This document shows positions 42,690 through 53,621 of a stretch of DNA of 64,000 nt, piece after piece. Source of the stretch: an uncultured bacterium (lineage in GTDB: Bacteria > Acidobacteriota > HRBIN11 > JAKEFK01). The notes under the pieces are model-generated. The model was not told where the DNA came from. It saw only the letters and a list, made by a program, of their open reading frames with translations, and did not search any database. Numbering within the stretch: the first letter of the stretch is position 1; each line of letters opens with the position of its first letter. The translations under genes were made by a program, and so were the position numbers. The stretch lies in contig CAVZQN010000006.1 of assembly GCA_963777505.1 (NCBI GenBank), positions 352,001 through 416,000 of the forward strand, given 5' to 3'.

Positions 42690-43526
42690 TTACTTTACTT
42701 TTTTGAGCGATCCGCCCACAGCGCGTTTCTCATCTTCATCGGCTCTTCCACTCGGACGTTTTAAACGAGCTTGTTTGACGCTGAGTTGAAGTGCTTCCAT
42801 CAGATCGGTGACTTTAGGTTTGGCTTTTGGTTTGACGATCGTTAGCTTGCGTCCTTTAATCTTGGACTCAAGCATTTCCTCCATTGCCTCTGTGTAGTCA
42901 CTCTTAAATTCTTGAGGATCAAAAGATTCGGTAAGATTTTCAATAAGTTCTTTTGCAAGTACCAATTCTTTATCGCGGACTTTTAGATCATCGCTGATTT
43001 GATTTTCATTTTCACGAATTTCATCTGCGTACAACATCAAATGCAAAATCAATCCGTTCATTCCGGGACGAACCAGCGCTAGATATTCGTGATTGCGCAT
43101 CACGAGCTTACCGATGGCGGCGCGTTGAGTTTCTTCCATCGCTTTGGCAAGCAATCCGAAAGTTTTTTCGCTATTGCGATCAGGACCAAGATAGTAAGTG
43201 CGCTCAAAATAAATTGGATCGACTTCATCAATATTTATGAACTGGAGAATTTCCATGTTGCTGCTGGATTCAGGGCGCACAGTTTTGAGATCGTCCTCAT
43301 CTATAGTTACGTAGCGATCTTTTTCAAACTGATATCCTTTTACCAGTTCCGAACGCTGAACTACGCGCTCACAAGTCGGGCAATAATTTTGCAAATTAAT
43401 GCGATTGCCGCATTCCTCATGCAACAAATTGAATGAAACATCATGCGAAGTGGTGGCCCCGAAAAGCTTCACGGGGATTGAAACTAAACCAAAACTGACT
43501 GTCCCTGTCCATATTGAAGTTGCCAT
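42690..43526 (-). CDS. ku: NHEJ Ku protein
   Basis: SIWTGTVSFGLVSIPVKL, VKGYQF, IDPIYF-like, DLMEALQLSV, basic tail. Confidence 0.95.
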   Translation of the reverse strand: MATSIWTGTVSFGLVSIPVKLFGATTSHDVSFNLLHEECGNRINLQNYCPTCERVVQRSELVKGYQFEKDRYVTIDEDDLKTVRPESSSNMEILQFINIDEVDPIYFERTYYLGPDRNSEKTFGLLAKAMEETQRAAIGKLVMRNHEYLALVRPGMNGLILHLMLYADEIRENENQISDDLKVRDKELVLAKELIENLTESFDPQEFKSDYTEAMEEMLESKIKGRKLTIVKPKAKPKVTDLMEALQLSVKQARLKRPSGRADEDEKRAVGGSLKKVK

Positions 43527-43707
43527 AATGCCTAAATATACATCAGGGGATTCAAAGACGGTAGCGACGATTTGCAGAATTGATGTAGCTATGAGTACTA
43601 CACAAAGACACGATTTTTGTCGACGACAACTCAGTGCGTTTTCTGGCGGTGCAGCATTCTCTCGCTGCTTAAGATTTAGGTTGAAGGTGTGTACGAAGGA
43701 GATCAAC

Positions 43708-44313
43708 ATGACAAAAATCGTATTTTTATTTTTCGGAGTATTTCTTGCGCTTGGTTTATTTGTGCAAGCTGATATTGTTCCGAATTCTAATGATGCAAAA
43801 ATCAAGGATGCAATTCAGCAAAGCTTCCTTGCAGATGAAAGACTATCAAGTGCTGACATCGACATAGAAGTCAACGAAGGCGAAGTTACTTTAAAAGGAA
43901 AGACGATCGGACACGAAGAAGCAACGCGCGCAGTTGAGCTGGCGAAAAACGTGACTGGCGTAGTTCGGGTCGAAAACAAACTTGAAGTTGACACGATGAT
44001 TACAAATGATGATGTTGAAGACCGGCTCGATAGCAAGGAAGAAAATCTGGAAGAGTTAAAGGACCAAAATGAACCAAACCGAAATATTGGAACCGTTATC
44101 GATGACGCTACGATCACAACAGCGGTTAAGATGAAATTCGCAAAAGATGATGTTGTGCGTGCGTACAAGATTGATATCGATACAAAAAATGGCGAGGTCA
44201 TGCTTTCCGGGGAAGTAAAAAATGAAGTGGAGGCCAACCGCGCGATTGAAATAGCAAAAACAGTAGAAGGTGTGAGCGAGGTTAAATCCGTTTTAGTTGT
44301 AAAGCCTGAATAA
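43708..44313 (+). CDS. OsmY-like double BON-domain protein
   Basis: Signal peptide; DAKIKDAI..IDIEVNEGEVTLKG; DDATITTAVK..IDIDTKNGEVMLSG; RBS AAGGAG. Confidence 0.92.
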   Translation: MTKIVFLFFGVFLALGLFVQADIVPNSNDAKIKDAIQQSFLADERLSSADIDIEVNEGEVTLKGKTIGHEEATRAVELAKNVTGVVRVENKLEVDTMITNDDVEDRLDSKEENLEELKDQNEPNRNIGTVIDDATITTAVKMKFAKDDVVRAYKIDIDTKNGEVMLSGEVKNEVEANRAIEIAKTVEGVSEVKSVLVVKPE

Positions 44314-44344
44314 CAATCCAAAATCATTTTTGTACCAACCTAAC

Positions 44345-44373
44345 AAGGCCGGCCCTATTGGGCCGGCTTTTTT
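44345..44373 (+). terminator. Intrinsic terminator
   Basis: gccggccc-tatt-gggccggc followed by a T6 run. Confidence 0.8.
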
Positions 44374-44512
44374 GTTACCCCGGCGATTTGACCGCTGGCT
44401 TCCAGCCGGCCGAGCTGAGCTAAATCATTTTGGGTTGCAGGGATGGTTTGAAAGTGCCATAATTTTCATCCACACAAAAACCTGCCTCAGGCAGTTTTCC
44501 CCATTTCTGGAT

Positions 44513-44589
44513 GGTGAGTGTAGCTCAGTTGGTAGAGCGCTGGATTGTGGCTCCAGTGGTCGCGGGTTCAAGTCCCGTCACTCACCCCA
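44513..44589 (+). tRNA. tRNA-His(GTG)
   Basis: G-1, GTGAGTG/CACTCAC acceptor, C73, encoded CCA; ctgga-ttgtggc-tccag. Confidence 0.96.
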
Positions 44590-44715
44590 TTAACCCGCGT
44601 TCGATCCGTTTTTCATGGTGTTCGCGCAGCGTTTGTATCTGACTGCACCATTTTCCTTGTGAGAAGCAGATCCCGCGAACAAAAATATAAGAAAGGATTA
44701 CATGGGAAGTACCTA

Positions 44716-45714
44716 ATGACTAAAAGTTGCTGGATCCTCACCACTCTTCTTCTGATTCCACTGTTGCAATCTGTTCAAGCTGATGATTTTTCGATGTCTC
44801 AAATCTATCCGATAGATCGCGGACATTCGTATATTGGGTTTTCCGTTCAGTATATGGGCTTTGCAAAAGTACGCGGGCGATTTACTGATTTCTCGGGAAC
44901 CTTTCGCTTTGATGAAAAGGACATCACGAAGAGCTCAGCGACTGTTTTGATCAAAGTCGATAGCATTGACACGGATCTTGACATGAGAGACGACGATCTG
45001 CGATCTCCGAATTGGTTCGACGCCAAAGAATATCAGCTGATCAAATTCCAAACCAAACACATACTCAAAACGGACGCAGGCGTCATAGCAGTTGGCGACC
45101 TGACAATAAAGAACGTTACAAAGGAAGTACAACTTAAGATGGAGGCCTGTTCTGGAGTTAAGAAAGATGCCCGTAAAGACACCCAAATTGTGTTCACAGG
45201 TGGAACCAAAATCAACCGGAAAGATTTCGGTATAGAAGGAGAGAAGTGGAGCAAAGTCAAGGAAGGTATCACAGCAGTGGATTCAGATGTAGATATCGAA
45301 TTGAGTATTCTTGGAAAACAGATCAATGCCCCTAACTTCACAAATTGGGTGAATGATATTGAAACTCCAGAAGGGAAGATCTATAAGCTCATGAATGAAA
45401 GCGGCGTTGAAAAAGGGATTCAAGAATTCCGAGCAATCAAGACTACGAACAAGAATGAGATTGATTTTAACGCTTTAGACGTAGTTGGGTACATGCTATT
45501 GAAAGAAAACAAAGTGGATGAGGCAATCAAGGTTTTCATGGAAAATGCAGAATCCTTTCCTGATGAGTTTAGTGTTTATGATTCATTGGCGGAGGCATAT
45601 GCAGTTCGTGGAGATCGCACAAACGCTATTCAATATTACAAGCGAAGTCTGAAAATGGAGCCCTACAATGCCTATGCCGTTGAGGTTCTCAGACACCTGC
45701 AAGTCGCCAACTAA
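44716..45714 (+). CDS. YceI-family protein with C-terminal TPR
   Basis: IDRGHSYIGFSV, VRGRFTDFSG, SIDT..MRDDDLRS, INRKDFGI; VYDSLAEAY TPR. Confidence 0.9.
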   Translation: MTKSCWILTTLLLIPLLQSVQADDFSMSQIYPIDRGHSYIGFSVQYMGFAKVRGRFTDFSGTFRFDEKDITKSSATVLIKVDSIDTDLDMRDDDLRSPNWFDAKEYQLIKFQTKHILKTDAGVIAVGDLTIKNVTKEVQLKMEACSGVKKDARKDTQIVFTGGTKINRKDFGIEGEKWSKVKEGITAVDSDVDIELSILGKQINAPNFTNWVNDIETPEGKIYKLMNESGVEKGIQEFRAIKTTNKNEIDFNALDVVGYMLLKENKVDEAIKVFMENAESFPDEFSVYDSLAEAYAVRGDRTNAIQYYKRSLKMEPYNAYAVEVLRHLQVAN

Positions 45715-45733
45715 GTGCCAAAGTGCATCTTAA

Positions 45734-46042
45734 CTAAAGAACTTCGTCATTGACTTCGGGAAGAAAAAAGCCGTCCTGATCCTCGCGTGGTGAGTCTATT
45801 ACAGTCGGCTCCAACCCCACCATTTCTCCTTTAAACGTTTTAAGATTGGGGATTTGTGTATTCAATTCTGCGGAACGCGAATCAGCCTGCAGCTTCAATT
45901 CTGCCAATTGCTGAGAATGCTTTTGCGGATTTTCAGAGAGCTTTTCAGGTGAAGCCTCAGTTCTAACATTGGCGGCGGGCTCGGTTATTTCGTCCGGATA
46001 TGTATACGGTACATTGACACCCTCAACTCGTCGGATGGTCAT
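45734..46042 (-). CDS. Hypothetical, low-complexity protein
   Basis: ATG46042 after GGAGGAG; 102 aa; no recognisable domain except the terminal FFLPEVNDEVL. Confidence 0.6.
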   Translation of the reverse strand: MTIRRVEGVNVPYTYPDEITEPAANVRTEASPEKLSENPQKHSQQLAELKLQADSRSAELNTQIPNLKTFKGEMVGLEPTVIDSPREDQDGFFLPEVNDEVL

Positions 46043-46242
46043 ATTTGTGCTCCTCCAATTTTCATGCGGAAAAACCATCCTTGCCGGATCACATTTCCTT
46101 ACGCATGAATCCTATAAATTTCAAAAAACCCTACAGAAATGCACGTGATTTTACGACTCAATACCTCGTCAATATTTATGGCCTGAAAAGACCTGGCGAC
46201 CTAACTTTTATACTGCACCAATCATTAATAAGGGGTACATAA

Positions 46243-47238
46243 ATGAAACTATGCGTTCGCATTTTTTGTCTGTTTTTGCTTGCAATTAGTCCAGCGAGCG
46301 CTACAGAAATTCCTGAGAAGCTTAAGGAAGCAATCAAAATCCAGGTCTTGCTCGACCGTGCCAATTTTTCGACTGGAGAGATCGATGGAAGTATTGGTCC
46401 ACGATCAGAAAAAACTCTCTCGGCATATCAAGAAGCACACAATTTAGACGTTTCTGGAAATCCCGATGAGGCGACAGTTGCATCACTCGAACAAGAAAAT
46501 CCAGGTGAGTCGCTTGTTTCGTACACAATCACGGCTGATGATGCAAAGGGGCCTTTTGTTGAGAAAATTCCCGAAGACAAAATGGAACAATCAAAACTTG
46601 AACATCTCGGTTATACCTCTTCGCTTGAGGCAATCTCTGAGAAATTTCATTCAAATCCAAGACTATTAAAAAAGCTAAACCCGGCTGCACAATTCACAGA
46701 AGGTGAAGAAATTCTAGTTCCGAATGTATTGAATGAAGCTGCGGATGGATCGCAGACCCAATCAAACAACGAAACTCAAACATCCGAAAATAAGACCCAA
46801 AAAGTTTCAGGAAAGAAAAATGGAAATTCCAATCTACGAATTGTTGTGTCTTCGAAAGACTCGGAGTTAACAGTCAAAAATGAAAGCGACGAGATCTTGA
46901 TGTACGCGCCTGCTACTTCGGGCAGTGAAATGGATCCACTGCCTGTGGGACAGTGGGAAGTAACAAGAGTCATCAGAAATCCTGAATTTTATTACAACCC
47001 TGAATTATTTTGGGATGCCGATCCTTCACATTCAAAAGCTAAAATTCAACCAGGACCAAACAATCCTGTTGGAGTTGCCTGGATCGACATCGATAAAGAA
47101 CATTATGGAATTCACGGTTCACCTGAGCCTTCGAAAATTGGCAAACGTGAATCCCATGGCTGTGTGCGCCTAACAAACTGGGACGTTCAAAGGCTGCTTC
47201 AATATGCGAAACCTGGAATGAAGGTGATATTCCAATGA
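46243..47238 (+). CDS. L,D-transpeptidase with peptidoglycan-binding domain
   Basis: QVLLDRANFSTGEIDG PG-binding; PGPNNPVG; YGIHGS..ESHGCVRL. Confidence 0.93.
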   Translation: MKLCVRIFCLFLLAISPASATEIPEKLKEAIKIQVLLDRANFSTGEIDGSIGPRSEKTLSAYQEAHNLDVSGNPDEATVASLEQENPGESLVSYTITADDAKGPFVEKIPEDKMEQSKLEHLGYTSSLEAISEKFHSNPRLLKKLNPAAQFTEGEEILVPNVLNEAADGSQTQSNNETQTSENKTQKVSGKKNGNSNLRIVVSSKDSELTVKNESDEILMYAPATSGSEMDPLPVGQWEVTRVIRNPEFYYNPELFWDADPSHSKAKIQPGPNNPVGVAWIDIDKEHYGIHGSPEPSKIGKRESHGCVRLTNWDVQRLLQYAKPGMKVIFQ

Positions 47239-47909
47239 TTTCTTTCAAAATCCTACTCGTTGTAGGAATTATTTGTTTTGCGATCGGCGTCTTATTGCAT
47301 CCTGTCATCTTTCCAGAAAAGCCTGTCGTTCGTGAATTCTTACCGGAAGTCCGTCCAGGCGTGGAAATGCACAAGCACGAAAGTCCGCGACTCGCATCAA
47401 ATGCCCGCGAAGAAGACAAAATCGATCCGAAACAAGCAGAAGAGGAAGAAAAAGCAACGGAAGATCTAATGGAAGATTTGCGCGGTCAAGAATTATTGAT
47501 GCCTGTAAAAGGAGTTGGATTTGAGAATGTAAAAGACTCCTTTCAGGAATCACGCGGTGATCATTTACATGAAGCTGTTGACATTCTTGCTCCGAGAGGA
47601 ACTCCTGTCGTTGCTGTATCGGATGGCAAGATCGTAAAACTTTTTTCTAGTGTTCGAGGCGGCATAACGATTTATCAGTTTGATCCAGAAGAAAAGTATG
47701 CATTCTATTATGCTCACCTGGAAAAGTATGCCGAAGATATTGAGGAAGGTGACAGCGTTGACCGTGGGGACGTTATTGGATATGTAGGAACTACCGGCAA
47801 TGCTCCGAAAGATACACCACATCTTCATTTTGCAATCTTCAAACTCAATTCCGATAAACGATGGTGGGAAGGCACTGCTATCGACCCCTATCCTATTTTA
47901 AAAAAGTAA
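47235..47909 (+). CDS. M23 family metallopeptidase
   Basis: HEAVDILAPRGTPV, YYAHL, GTTGNA, PHLHF. Confidence 0.93.
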   Translation: MISFKILLVVGIICFAIGVLLHPVIFPEKPVVREFLPEVRPGVEMHKHESPRLASNAREEDKIDPKQAEEEEKATEDLMEDLRGQELLMPVKGVGFENVKDSFQESRGDHLHEAVDILAPRGTPVVAVSDGKIVKLFSSVRGGITIYQFDPEEKYAFYYAHLEKYAEDIEEGDSVDRGDVIGYVGTTGNAPKDTPHLHFAIFKLNSDKRWWEGTAIDPYPILKK

Positions 47910-48295
47910 GGGCACTACAAAAGACACTACAGTATTTTGTTTTTACACAGAATGTGTTTTCTTTTAACATTCCAGTAAAAGCTGCACACGATACTATTAC
48001 TGCCCGAGCACTGATTGCGTAGAAAACGGCATCAGAAGCCCGGCGCAAGAAAGATGTTTTAGTTTGGATAGGTTAAAGGTCTTCGACATGTGCCGCAATT
48101 TCAAAACGTATTCTGCTGCTAAGTGTTCAGCGCCAAAAGAACAAATTGCACGAACGATTTCGAGAGCCTTCGTGTTTTGTGAGGCAGAACCATTAAAGTG
48201 TCCGATCTATCAGATGTGTGAAAATAGTTTGTTGCACAAAACTGTTCAGGCATTTCAGAAGACTCAAAATCAAATTGTTTTAAAGGAGGTAAACT

Positions 48296-48754
48296 ATGGC
48301 TAGTCGACCTATACCGCCCGATAGTTTCGAATTAGATAGTTCGTATACCTCCAGCGATTCCCTCATGAAGGAAAAGCTGAATCACACTCGTGTCTTAATT
48401 GTGGAAGATGAATACATTGTTGCAGAAGATTTACGAACAAAACTTCAGGAACTTGGTTTTGTTGTAACCGGTGTGACAGCTTCGGGAAGGGAGGCGATTG
48501 AATACGCAAAAAAGAATTTGCCGGATTTAGTGTTAATGGATTGCCGGATTTTATCCGATCTCAATGGACCAGAAACGGCTGTGATAATTCAAGGTCTCAC
48601 GCAAAATCCAATCCCGGTTGTTTTTCTTACAGCGTATTCGCAAAATGATTACCCATTAATCCGTGCAGTAGATCCATGCTTATTCCTTCGGAAGCCATTT
48701 ACAGCGACGGATCTTCAACAAACTTTAGAAAAAGTGATCGGGCTCAAATATTAA
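48296..48754 (+). CDS. Single-domain response regulator
   Basis: VLIVEDE, PDLVLMD, FLTAY, KPF; RBS AGGAGG. Confidence 0.9.
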   Translation: MASRPIPPDSFELDSSYTSSDSLMKEKLNHTRVLIVEDEYIVAEDLRTKLQELGFVVTGVTASGREAIEYAKKNLPDLVLMDCRILSDLNGPETAVIIQGLTQNPIPVVFLTAYSQNDYPLIRAVDPCLFLRKPFTATDLQQTLEKVIGLKY

Positions 48755-48762
48755 GATTGGAC

Positions 48763-51700
48763 TTACTCTTTATTCCAGGATGGAACGCGTCCCGGAGTCC
48801 ATGGAGCGCCTGCGTTTTCAGCCTGAGTTTCGAGCGATTTGAGATCGGTCTCTACGAGTTTTTTGAGACGCTCTAAAACACTACCAAATTCGGAAGCGGT
48901 TTCATCGTATTGATTTCGATGTGTTTGAGTTGGTCCTGCTGTTGTACTCCAATGCCCGGATACAATCTGCTGAACACGTTGCCTGAGTGAAGGCAACGTA
49001 GCTTCATTCCGTTTGTCTCGAACTGAATTTCCATTCAACGCAATATTGATATCAGTCAGCTGTTGTTCTAGTTCTCTTGCATTCTCACGGAGTTTAGGAT
49101 CTGCAGAAGGTGTTTCATCGATCGCTTTTTTCAGATAATTAATTCGATTTTGTGCTTCTTCTGCAGATTTTGCTGCTCCAAGCACGGCGCGAAGCAGCCT
49201 TCCTGTTTTCTGTTGAAATGCGATCAACTGCTTGCGATCGGGTTCAGGTATTGTGGAAAGTCCCAAAGTTTCGGTTGTGAATGTTTTTGGTTCCCCGATC
49301 GTTTCGAGCTTTCCATCGATACGCTTCGCAAGTTGAACTTTATACGTTCCTGGAGGCGACAGGGGACCTGCGGGCGCGCTCTGCCATGGCGCACGATCTG
49401 GATCGGGCTTTAACTCTGTCGGATTAAAGGCAGGATACCGAAGATCCCACGCAACACGTTGGAATCCTGCTTTTGTTGGCGCAGCAACACGTCTTACAGT
49501 ATTGCCTTCTTCATCTGTAACCATGAGAAAAATCGAAGGTTCTTCTTCACGATCTTCGGCGCTTAATTCTTCCCAGGTTGGGTACGGCGTATCTTCATTT
49601 TTTTCTGCGCGTTTCTTTTCAGCATCAAGTCGTGTTTTGCGCTTCGTTTTTATTTCATCCTTCAAGTAGTAAGTAAAGATTGCGCCGAATGGAGGATTGG
49701 GTGCTGAGAAGAAATTGTCGCCTTGAAAAGCCTTTCCCGGAAAGCCGAGTAAAACACTGGGTGCAAATAGTGGAGCTTTGCGCGGCGAAAATAACATTGC
49801 ATTTTCGGAAAGCGATTGTTCACGAATTTCACGGAGAGGCGTGTAATCATCAAGAATCAAAAAGCCTCTACCAAACGTTGCAAGCACAAGGTCGTTTTCG
49901 CGTTCTTGAATTTCGATATCACGAACTGCAATCGTAGGAACATTTCCTTTCAGTTGAATCCATTTACCGCCGCCATCTGTTGTAAAGAAGATACCGAATT
50001 CGGTTCCTGCAAAAAGCAAATCCTTATCTACGTGATCTTCGGCCAGAGCCCATACGGAGCCGCGCGAAGGAAGATTTCCGGCAATCGAAGTCCACGAAGC
50101 GCCTGCGTCATTACTCTTTAAAACGTAAGGTTTGAAATCGCCCATTTTATGATTGTTGAATGATGCAAACACTGTTTCTGCATTGTGCTGTGATGTTTCA
50201 ATGTCTGATACATAACTCATTTCAGGCACGCCCGTGAATTTATCAATCGGCCGCCAGTTATTTCCGCTGTCTTTACTGACCTGGATTAATCCATCATCAG
50301 TTCCCGCATATAGCAATCCTTCCTGAACAGGAGATTCAGAAAACGAAACAATATTTCCATAAAAGGATGTTGAAGCATTTTTGGCAACAGCATCAACGCT
50401 CCAAATTCTCCCCATTACTTTGAGCTTGTTTCGATCCAGGCGTCTGGTAAGATCAGGACTGATTGCTTTCCAACTCTCTCCGCGATCATCGCTTCGATAA
50501 ACTTTTTGTGCGGCAACATAGAGACGAGTATTTGAATGCGGACTGATTACAAAAGGTGTATCCCAATTCCATTTCAAAGGCTCGTCGCCTTTTTCAGGTT
50601 GGGGTTGAATATCTAATTGTTCGCCAGTGCGACGGTCAAAACGGATCATTCCGCCGTGTTGAGATTCTGAATAAATGATGTTGGGATCTTGCGGATCGAT
50701 CGCAGGTTCAAAACCATCTCCTGCAACTGTGACAATCCAATCGCGATTTGTGATTCCATGATCACTAACATTTCGTGACGGACCACCAAGCGTATTATTG
50801 TCTTGAGTTCCGCCATACACATTGTAAAAAGGCTTATCGTTGTCCACTGCAACGCGATAAAACTGAGTAATCGGCAGATTTGCTGTGAAAGTCCACGATT
50901 TTCCGCCATCAAAGCTTTCATAAATTCCGCCATCGCATCCAACGAGTAGATTTTCAGTATCCTTGGGGTTGATCCAGAAGGCATGATTATCAACATGCTT
51001 TGAACTTTCACCGACCTTTCTGAAGTTCTTTCCCCCATCTTCCGTCACCATCATGAAAGTGTCCATAGAATAGACTTTGCCAACTTCTTTTGGATCGGCC
51101 ATGATTTCGTTGTAATACTGCGGACTCGTTGAAACATAACTGCTGCGTTTTTCCCAGCTTGAGCCTCCATTTGTTGATCGGAAGAATCCACTTTCTTGAT
51201 TGGCTGCTTCAACGATTGCGTAAATCACATCAGGATTTACAGGTGAGACTGAAAGTCCGATTTTGCCTTTATCAACTTTTGGTAAGCCATTTTCAAGTTT
51301 TTTCCAATTTTTTCCAGCATCAGTACTTTTATAGATAGCTGATTCAGGACCGCCATCAATCAAAGTCCAAACATGACGGCGCCGCTGATATGAACTCGCA
51401 TACAACACATCAAAGTTTCGTGGATCAAACCACACTTCATTGATTCCAGTTTTATCACTGATATCAAGAACTTTATTCCATGTTTGTCCGCCATCTGTTG
51501 TTTTATACAATCCTCGATCGCCGCCATCTCTCCACAGCGGCCCTTGTGCAGCAACATACACAGTTTTTGAATCACGCGGGTCGATGATAATTCCGCCGAT
51601 ATGTTCGGAGTCCTTGAGGCCCACATTTGTCCAGGTTCCACCACCATCGATGGATTTGTAAACGCCGTCACCGTATCCGACACTTCGCTGGCTGTTATTT

Positions 51701-52056
51701 TCGCCAGTTCCAACCCAAACAGTTAAGGGATCGTTTGGATCCAGTGTTACACATCCAATTGAATACGATCCTTCGTTATCGAAAATTGGGGTCCACGTCG
51801 TTCCGTTGTTTATTGTTTTCCAAACGCCACCGGAAGCAACCGCAGCATAATATGTGCTTCTCGTTTTTGGATGAATTGCGAAATCTGAGATTCTTCCGGA
51901 AGCGATAGCTGGGCCGATATTTCTAAAAGATAAGCCGTTAAAGGTATCTGACTTCATCAAAGATTTGTCTTCTTTTTCCGAATCCTTTTTGGATTTTGTA
52001 TCGGAAGCAAATGCGCTTATTGAAAATGCCAGAAGAATAACGGATAGAATTCTCAT
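48763..52056 (-). CDS. Secreted VPS10/BNR-repeat glycosyl hydrolase-like protein
   Basis: FRNIGPAIASGR, Asp-box repeats, KWNWDTP, ends PWTPGRVP; paralog of 36872-40048. Confidence 0.9.
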   Translation of the reverse strand: MRILSVILLAFSISAFASDTKSKKDSEKEDKSLMKSDTFNGLSFRNIGPAIASGRISDFAIHPKTRSTYYAAVASGGVWKTINNGTTWTPIFDNEGSYSIGCVTLDPNDPLTVWVGTGENNSQRSVGYGDGVYKSIDGGGTWTNVGLKDSEHIGGIIIDPRDSKTVYVAAQGPLWRDGGDRGLYKTTDGGQTWNKVLDISDKTGINEVWFDPRNFDVLYASSYQRRRHVWTLIDGGPESAIYKSTDAGKNWKKLENGLPKVDKGKIGLSVSPVNPDVIYAIVEAANQESGFFRSTNGGSSWEKRSSYVSTSPQYYNEIMADPKEVGKVYSMDTFMMVTEDGGKNFRKVGESSKHVDNHAFWINPKDTENLLVGCDGGIYESFDGGKSWTFTANLPITQFYRVAVDNDKPFYNVYGGTQDNNTLGGPSRNVSDHGITNRDWIVTVAGDGFEPAIDPQDPNIIYSESQHGGMIRFDRRTGEQLDIQPQPEKGDEPLKWNWDTPFVISPHSNTRLYVAAQKVYRSDDRGESWKAISPDLTRRLDRNKLKVMGRIWSVDAVAKNASTSFYGNIVSFSESPVQEGLLYAGTDDGLIQVSKDSGNNWRPIDKFTGVPEMSYVSDIETSQHNAETVFASFNNHKMGDFKPYVLKSNDAGASWTSIAGNLPSRGSVWALAEDHVDKDLLFAGTEFGIFFTTDGGGKWIQLKGNVPTIAVRDIEIQERENDLVLATFGRGFLILDDYTPLREIREQSLSENAMLFSPRKAPLFAPSVLLGFPGKAFQGDNFFSAPNPPFGAIFTYYLKDEIKTKRKTRLDAEKKRAEKNEDTPYPTWEELSAEDREEEPSIFLMVTDEEGNTVRRVAAPTKAGFQRVAWDLRYPAFNPTELKPDPDRAPWQSAPAGPLSPPGTYKVQLAKRIDGKLETIGEPKTFTTETLGLSTIPEPDRKQLIAFQQKTGRLLRAVLGAAKSAEEAQNRINYLKKAIDETPSADPKLRENARELEQQLTDINIALNGNSVRDKRNEATLPSLRQRVQQIVSGHWSTTAGPTQTHRNQYDETASEFGSVLERLKKLVETDLKSLETQAENAGAPWTPGRVPSWNKE

Positions 52057-52104
52057 GAACTCCCTCCAATAGGTTTTTGGAATTTTTATGTGAGGCAAGA
52101 ATAT

Positions 52105-52728
52105 CTATGGTTGAACGTTGACCGAATCTCCCGTTCGATGATCCTGAATTTGAAACTTAAGAAATTCATGCACTGCTTTTCGAGCCTCTTCATCTTGCGA
52201 CTTAATTACAATACGTGCTCCATCTGAAACTTCTTCATATTCAAATTGGATCTGATCTTTTAGCTGAGTCATCGTTTCTGCACCGTCAGGTTGACGACCG
52301 TGAATCTGTTTTGCAGGAGAAAAGTCTCCGTTTTTAAAACGATTTGAAATTTCCTGTAGATGTGTTCTGATTTTATTCCGACTGTCAGAGTCGGTGGAGG
52401 TGTTGGCAGTTACTTGAATGATTCCTCCGTCGGGTTTGAGATAGAAATGATGCGTTGTTTTTGTATGATCAAATCCCATCACTTCATCGCCGCGTTGGTT
52501 GACATCGGCATGATGCTGGTGATCCATTTGTTCTGATTTTCCTGCTGTGGAGGCATCCTCTTTGTCATGATTGCAATCCTTGTGCGCATCTTTACTCTCA
52601 GTCTGCGAGCAGCAGGAAGGAACATTCTCTTGTGTTTGTGTGCTCTGATCTGTACACGCTTCATCAGCTAATGAAATCGTGGTGACAAGCAGCAGCAAAG
52701 CTGCAAATGACAAAATTTGGGATTTCAT
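52105..52728 (-). CDS. Exported hypothetical protein with Cys/His-rich N-terminus
   Basis: Signal peptide; CC, HKDCNH, DHQHH; VMGFDHTKTTHHF, QIQDHRTGD. Confidence 0.75.
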   Translation of the reverse strand: MKSQILSFAALLLLVTTISLADEACTDQSTQTQENVPSCCSQTESKDAHKDCNHDKEDASTAGKSEQMDHQHHADVNQRGDEVMGFDHTKTTHHFYLKPDGGIIQVTANTSTDSDSRNKIRTHLQEISNRFKNGDFSPAKQIHGRQPDGAETMTQLKDQIQFEYEEVSDGARIVIKSQDEEARKAVHEFLKFQIQDHRTGDSVNVQP

Positions 52729-52899
52729 GAGTTCTCCTTATACATGAGTGCTGATTGCTCAGTATAAACCACGATTGCGCAATTCAAGAAAGTGAAAGTT
52801 CCAAGCGGGACTTTTTAGCTCAGTGCTGGTGCAAAGCAATGAGTTCTGAGAGATGATTGAACTCAGCACCCATTGCTCAGTACTATTAACTGATTAATC

Positions 52900-53574
52900 A
52901 TGACTGGACGAAGCTATTTTTCAAGTGATCTGTTTGGTTTTTTGCGTGACTTAAAAGCCAATAACAATAGGGATTGGTTTCTTGCAAACAAGCAGCGATA
53001 TGAAAAGTCGGTTCGCGATCCTGTACTGCAATTTATTTCGGATTTTGCGCCACATCTAAGGAAAATCAACAAGCATTTTATCGCCGATCCAAAACCCCAT
53101 GGAGGATCTTTATTTCGTATTTACAGAGATATCCGATTTTCATCGGACAAGACTCCCTATAAGACTCACGTTGGGGTCTCATTTGAACATGAACGCGAGG
53201 GGGAATGGAGCGCTCCAGTTTTCTATTTGCATTTTGAGCCGGGCGATTGTTTTGCCGGAGCCGGGTTATGGCATCCTGACGCCAAAACTCTGAACAAGAT
53301 ACGCAGTGCGATTCTGAATGATTCCACGGCCTGGAAAAAAGTATTACAAAGCGGACTTGAGTTGCAAGGCTCGACTTTATCCCGCCCGCCGAGAGGTTAT
53401 GATGCGAACCATCCATTAATCAAAGCTCTGATGAAAAAAGACTTTATAACAAGCTTCCCCTTTACGGATAAACAGGTCTGTAGTGGTTCCTTCATTCAGG
53501 ATTATGAAAAAGCATGTCAAAGGATGAGTCCGCTTGTTGCTTTTCTCACAAAAGCTGTCGGGCTGCAATGGTAA
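52900..53574 (+). CDS. DUF2461 / TIGR02453 family protein
   Basis: FLRDLKANNNRDWF, FRIYRDIRFSSDKTPYK. Confidence 0.92.
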   Translation: MTGRSYFSSDLFGFLRDLKANNNRDWFLANKQRYEKSVRDPVLQFISDFAPHLRKINKHFIADPKPHGGSLFRIYRDIRFSSDKTPYKTHVGVSFEHEREGEWSAPVFYLHFEPGDCFAGAGLWHPDAKTLNKIRSAILNDSTAWKKVLQSGLELQGSTLSRPPRGYDANHPLIKALMKKDFITSFPFTDKQVCSGSFIQDYEKACQRMSPLVAFLTKAVGLQW

Positions 53575-53621
53575 AATCACTCTCGCTTCGTGTCATGTCA
53601 ACGTGAAAGTGTAGGCGTCTG

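Noticed and set aside
42690-44313. Long overlapping antisense N-terminal extensions of Ku (to 43805) and BON (from 43399)
   Set aside because: Family N-termini and the BON RBS place the true starts at 43526 and 43708.
48064-48303. 79-aa ORF upstream of the receiver gene
   Set aside because: TTG start, no clear RBS, no motif; probably intergenic.
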